1,653 bases of DNA, taken from NCBI GenBank assembly GCA_000004985.1, contig GG739356.1; one strand, given 5' to 3'. The position numbers and the translations under genes are program-made. The notes beneath the pieces are model-generated. The model did not search any database, had not been told where the DNA came from, and saw only the letters and a program-made list of their open reading frames with translations. Source of the stretch: Naegleria gruberi. Its lineage: Eukaryota. Positions 1 to 1,653 of the stretch are shown here, one piece after another. How positions within the stretch are numbered: the first letter of the stretch is position 1; each line of letters begins with the position of its first letter.

Positions 1-386
1 CCTACATCAAGTGGTTGATATAAGTGACTCAAGTGTGGTGGAATGGACATAACAATAATATTATTTTGCTTGGCATATTCCAACACATCAGAATCACAGT
101 GAGTGGAATGATTATCGTACAATAATAATACTGGTCTACTTGAAGGTATGTGTTCAATAAAGTTCTTCTTCATCCAACTCAAAAAGCAATTTGTTGTAAT
201 AAATCCATTCTCAGTAGCAAATACCGTTGCTTTACTATCCAAATCACTGAACATATCATCTGATACGGATTTTCCTTTATAAATAAATAGAGGAGGAACA
301 TATGATCCTGCAGCATTTCCACAAACAAGTATTGAACATGTTTCTCTAGATGAAGAAGTTACCATAGATGGATGACTTCCTTTTTT
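1..386 (-). CDS. Transposase segment 3: DDE_1 catalytic core (partial), with the second and third catalytic Asp.
   Basis: This frame is offset -1 from segment 2 and is open from the stop at 413-411 to the window start. Translation is ..KKGSHPSMVTSSSRETCSILVCGNAAGSYVPPLFIYKGKSVSDDMFSDLDSKATVFATENGFITTNCFLSWMKKNFIEHIPSSRPVLLLYDNHSTHCDSDVLEYAKQNNIIVMSIPPHLSHLYQPLDV. 'CgNAaG...PP.fIyKGK', 'llLyDNhstH' and 'P.hlSH.lQPLDv' are the conserved pogo DDE_1 blocks. The D-to-D spacing is 36 residues. Confidence 0.85.
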
Positions 387-838
387 TTGGCAAGAGTGTA
401 TCCTGTAGTTTCATTCCTTTGGATTCCTGTTTCATCACAATTATAGATATGGTCAGGCATTAAGTTATTCTTTTTAATTTCCTTCTCTAATTGATCAAAG
501 AATAATTCTACGACTTGGGAATTTTCACTGTCACTTCTAACTTGTTCAAGCCTTTCTGCTTCTCTAACAGCAATATCATGATTCCTACTTCTGAAGTCTT
601 GATACCATCCATCAGAGAGATCTTTTGGTTTATTGTACTTGCACTCATACATCTTGTTGGCTTTGTTAATCACATCATATTCATTGACAGGTAAATTATT
701 ATCATTCCTTTCAAATATCCACTCCTTTAATTCATCCTCTTCCTCTTTAGTAAAGTAGGTCTTTCTACCAGCATGTGAATTAATTGATGATCTTCCATTT
801 ACTAGATCATTAAAAGTTGTATCTGAATGTCGAATTTT
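359..838 (-). CDS. Transposase segment 2: Tc5/CENP-B-type HTH and start of the DDE_1 domain, including the first catalytic Asp.
   Basis: This frame is offset -1 from segment 1 and is open from 874. Translation is ..DTTFNDLVNGRSSINSHAGRKTYFTKEEEDELKEWIFERNDNNLPVNEYDVINKANKMYECKYNKPKDLSDGWYQDFRSRNHDIAVREAERLEQ...FFDQLEKEIKKNNLMPDHIYNCDETGIQRNETTGYTLAKKKEVIHLW*. 'LT.eEe..L..WI...g.pv....i..kA', 'fkaS.GW...F..Rh.i' and 'IyNcDETG' are canonical pogo/Tigger motifs. D1 codon at 436-434. The ORF track entry 359-673 is the Met-initiated tail of this segment. Confidence 0.85.
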   Translation of the reverse strand, partial: KIRHSDTTFNDLVNGRSSINSHAGRKTYFTKEEEDELKEWIFERNDNNLPVNEYDVINKANKMYECKYNKPKDLSDGWYQDFRSRNHDIAVREAERLEQVRSDSENSQVVELFFDQLEKEIKKNNLMPDHIYNCDETGIQRNETTGYTLAKKKEVIHLW

Positions 839-966
839 TTGGCTACGCTTCTGATGGATGCACCATTTGTGGTATTATAATATTCTAATGCTTTCTCTCT
901 CTTCTCCTCCTCTTCCTGTTGCTGTTGTTCATGTTCCTGCTTTTTTGTTAATTTCTTCTTAACCAT
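826..966 (-). CDS. Transposase segment 1: N-terminus with psq-type helix-turn-helix.
   Basis: ATG at 966-964 in context catcATGg (A at -3, G at +4), with no upstream in-frame ATG (TAA at 1005-1003). Translation is MVKKKLTKKQEHEQQQQEEEEKREKALEYYNTTNGASIRSVAKKFDI. The 'ALEYY..NGASIRSVAKKFDI' stretch fits the psq/CENP-B N-terminal HTH consensus (..g.s.r.vA..fgIp.sTL). The frame then hits TAG at 804-802. Confidence 0.65.
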
Positions 967-1029
967 GATGATGAAGGTGATCGGGATTATATTTTTTTCA
1001 TATTAAACATGGTTGTAAACTTTGGTAAT

Positions 1030-1050
1030 TTTATTGCAAAACAATTTATT
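1030..1050 (-). promoter_or_regulatory. Two AATAAA hexamers (minus strand, at 1050-1045 and 1035-1030) lie 55-75 nt downstream of the CobW-like stop codon. They are candidate polyadenylation signals for that gene.
   Basis: Plus-strand TTTATT occurs at 1045-1050 and 1030-1035. Position relative to the TAA at 1107-1105 is appropriate for a eukaryotic poly(A) signal. AT-rich background makes chance occurrence fairly likely. Confidence 0.3.
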
Positions 1051-1104
1051 CACCAAAACAAACAAACGATACGGGTAGAGAAGACCCACACTACTACATA
1101 TACA

Positions 1105-1653
1105 TTATAAAAACTTTGAAAGTTTACTATTAAAATTGTTCAAGATGATCGAAAATCGAGGGTGATCGGAATTGAAATATTTTGCCCTAGTTTGAGTTTT
1201 GAAAGGATTCTTCATAATTGACCACTTTTTAAACAATTCTTCCACATTCTCACCTGGTAACACCTCATCCTTTACCAAACACTTATCAAGAATTTCTTCT
1301 ATCGCCTTCTGGTCAAGATTTTGACCAATGAAAACAATTTCCTGTCGTCTGTCACCAAAAATTCCTTCAAATTTGAATTTCTTTTCAAATGTTTCAATTT
1401 CCTCTTTGGTAAACCTTTTAGATTTCTCTTCTTCTGATAAAGATGCTAACCAATAAGCTTTTGGTTGATAAGAAAATGAAGTTCCAGCAGTTGACCATTC
1501 ATAGATTAGTTTAGAATCGGTTGCCAACCAGAAGAAACCTTTCGATCTCAAAATTCCTTTGAAACTATCCTGCAATATTGTGGAGAATAATAATTCTGGA
1601 TTGAATGGTAATCTTCTTTGATATACAAATGAGGAAATTCCATATTCGGTTGT
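1105..1653 (-). CDS. COG0523/CobW-family GTPase (ZNG1/CBWD-like zinc metallochaperone), C-terminal portion. The CDS is 5'-partial and continues beyond the window end. Stop codon TAA at 1107-1105.
   Basis: Extending the 1105-1575 ORF to the window edge keeps the minus-strand frame open and gives TTEYGISSFVYQRRLPFNPELLFSTILQDSFKGILRSKGFFWLATDSKLIYEWSTAGTSF...WLASLSEEEKSKRF...FGDRRQEIVFIGQNLDQKAIEEILDKCL. The 'ygISSFVy.arRPFhP' linker, 'lRsKGffWla' and 'rr..lVfIGr.LD....l...l..CL' are the hallmark motifs of the CobW C-terminal domain. The ORF track's initial M at 1575 is a TTG codon inside this longer frame, not a true start. Confidence 0.8.
   Translation of the reverse strand, partial: TTEYGISSFVYQRRLPFNPELLFSTILQDSFKGILRSKGFFWLATDSKLIYEWSTAGTSFSYQPKAYWLASLSEEEKSKRFTKEEIETFEKKFKFEGIFGDRRQEIVFIGQNLDQKAIEEILDKCLVKDEVLPGENVEELFKKWSIMKNPFKTQTRAKYFNSDHPRFSIILNNFNSKLSKFL

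Larger units (their letters stand above)
1..966 (-). pseudogene. pogo/Tigger-like (CENP-B-type, DDE_1) transposase gene interrupted by two 1-nt frameshifts. It is 3'-partial and runs off the window start.
   Basis: Three consecutive reading-frame segments on the minus strand each match successive parts of pogo-family transposases: a psq HTH (966-826), a Tc5/CENP-B HTH plus the start of DDE_1 (838-359), and the DDE_1 core (386-1). The segments are joined by single-nucleotide frame changes at ~829-821 and at the A8 run 388-381. In-frame stops are TAG 804-802 in segment 1's frame and TAA 361-359 in segment 2's frame. Confidence 0.8.
1..1104 (-). mobile_element. Pogo/Tigger/Fot1-like DNA transposon (Tc1/mariner superfamily, pogo clade), partial. 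The 5' terminus is presumably within 967-1104 and the 3' part lies beyond the window start. No TIR can be defined from this window alone.
   Basis: Presence of a pogo-type transposase gene with psq+Tc5 HTHs and a DDE_1 core. The element's other end is not in the window, so TIR and TA target-site duplication cannot be verified. Boundaries are approximate. Confidence 0.55.

Noticed and set aside
359-673. ORF-track 104-aa ORF treated as a stand-alone gene starting at Met 673
   Set aside because: The frame is open and homologous to pogo transposases well upstream of this Met (to ~838), and the domain continues in another frame downstream. It is an internal fragment of the frameshifted transposase, not an independent small protein.
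889-960. Long polypyrimidine (CT-rich) tract on the plus strand
   Set aside because: Explained by coding: it is the antisense of the GAA/GAG/CAG/AAG-rich codons for the K/Q/E-rich transposase N-terminus, not an independent regulatory tract.
988-1000. TATA-like 'atataat' / A7 run upstream of the transposase ATG as a promoter call
   Set aside because: Such motifs occur by chance at high frequency in ~68% AT sequence. They are not supportable as a feature without transcript data, and are mentioned only as context.
1056-1067. (AAAC)3 microsatellite in the spacer
   Set aside because: Only three units in an AT-rich background. Too short to call a meaningful repeat.
1573-1575. Start codon of the 156-aa ORF
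   Set aside because: The codon is TTG and the frame stays open, with CobW-homologous sequence, to the window edge at 1653. The real start lies outside the window.
1-1653. Prokaryotic interpretation (IS element with programmed frameshift, RBS, rho-independent terminator) and RNA genes or CRISPR
   Set aside because: The transposase has CENP-B/pogo architecture (psq + Tc5 HTH + DDE_1), which is eukaryotic. The start has Kozak rather than Shine-Dalgarno context. No GC-rich hairpin followed by a T-tract was seen near either stop. No tRNA-like cloverleaf, rRNA-like or spaced direct repeats were seen.

Overview
This AT-rich window (~68% A+T) looks eukaryotic. The two ORF-track ORFs and all coding features found are on the minus strand; no plus-strand coding feature was identified.

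(1) Coordinates 1105-1653 (minus) hold the 3' part of a COG0523/CobW-family GTPase gene (ZNG1/CBWD-like metallochaperone). It covers the CobW C-terminal domain, with the motifs YGISSFVY..RRLPF, LRSKGFFWLA and RRQEIVFIGQNLD....CL, plus a ~56-aa tail. The frame is open to the window edge, so the N-terminal part of the gene lies outside the window. The 'M' at 1575 in the ORF track is a TTG codon, not the real start.

(2) Coordinates 966-1 (minus) hold a pogo/Tigger/Fot1-like transposase gene of the CENP-B-type DDE_1 superfamily. It starts at an ATG at 966-964 in good Kozak context. Its parts are a psq-type HTH, then a Tc5/CENP-B-type HTH (TKEEEDELKEWI...SDGWYQDFRSRNHDIAVR), then a DDE_1 catalytic core with catalytic Asp codons at 436-434 (NCDETG), 116-114 (LLLYDNHSTH) and 8-6 (YQPLDV). 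The gene runs off the window start, so the C-terminal part of the transposase is missing. The transposase reading frame is interrupted by two 1-nt frameshifts. One lies in the first HTH (~821-829). The other sits exactly on an A8 run that forms the classic -1 slippery heptamer A_AAA_AAG (386-380). This copy is therefore either a young pseudogenised transposon, an assembly with homopolymer deletion errors, or (less likely) a frameshift-dependent gene.

(3) The 138-bp spacer (967-1104) between the two same-strand genes carries two minus-strand AATAAA hexamers (candidate poly(A) signals) and presumably the transposon's 5' terminus. No RNA genes, CRISPR or prokaryotic signals were seen.
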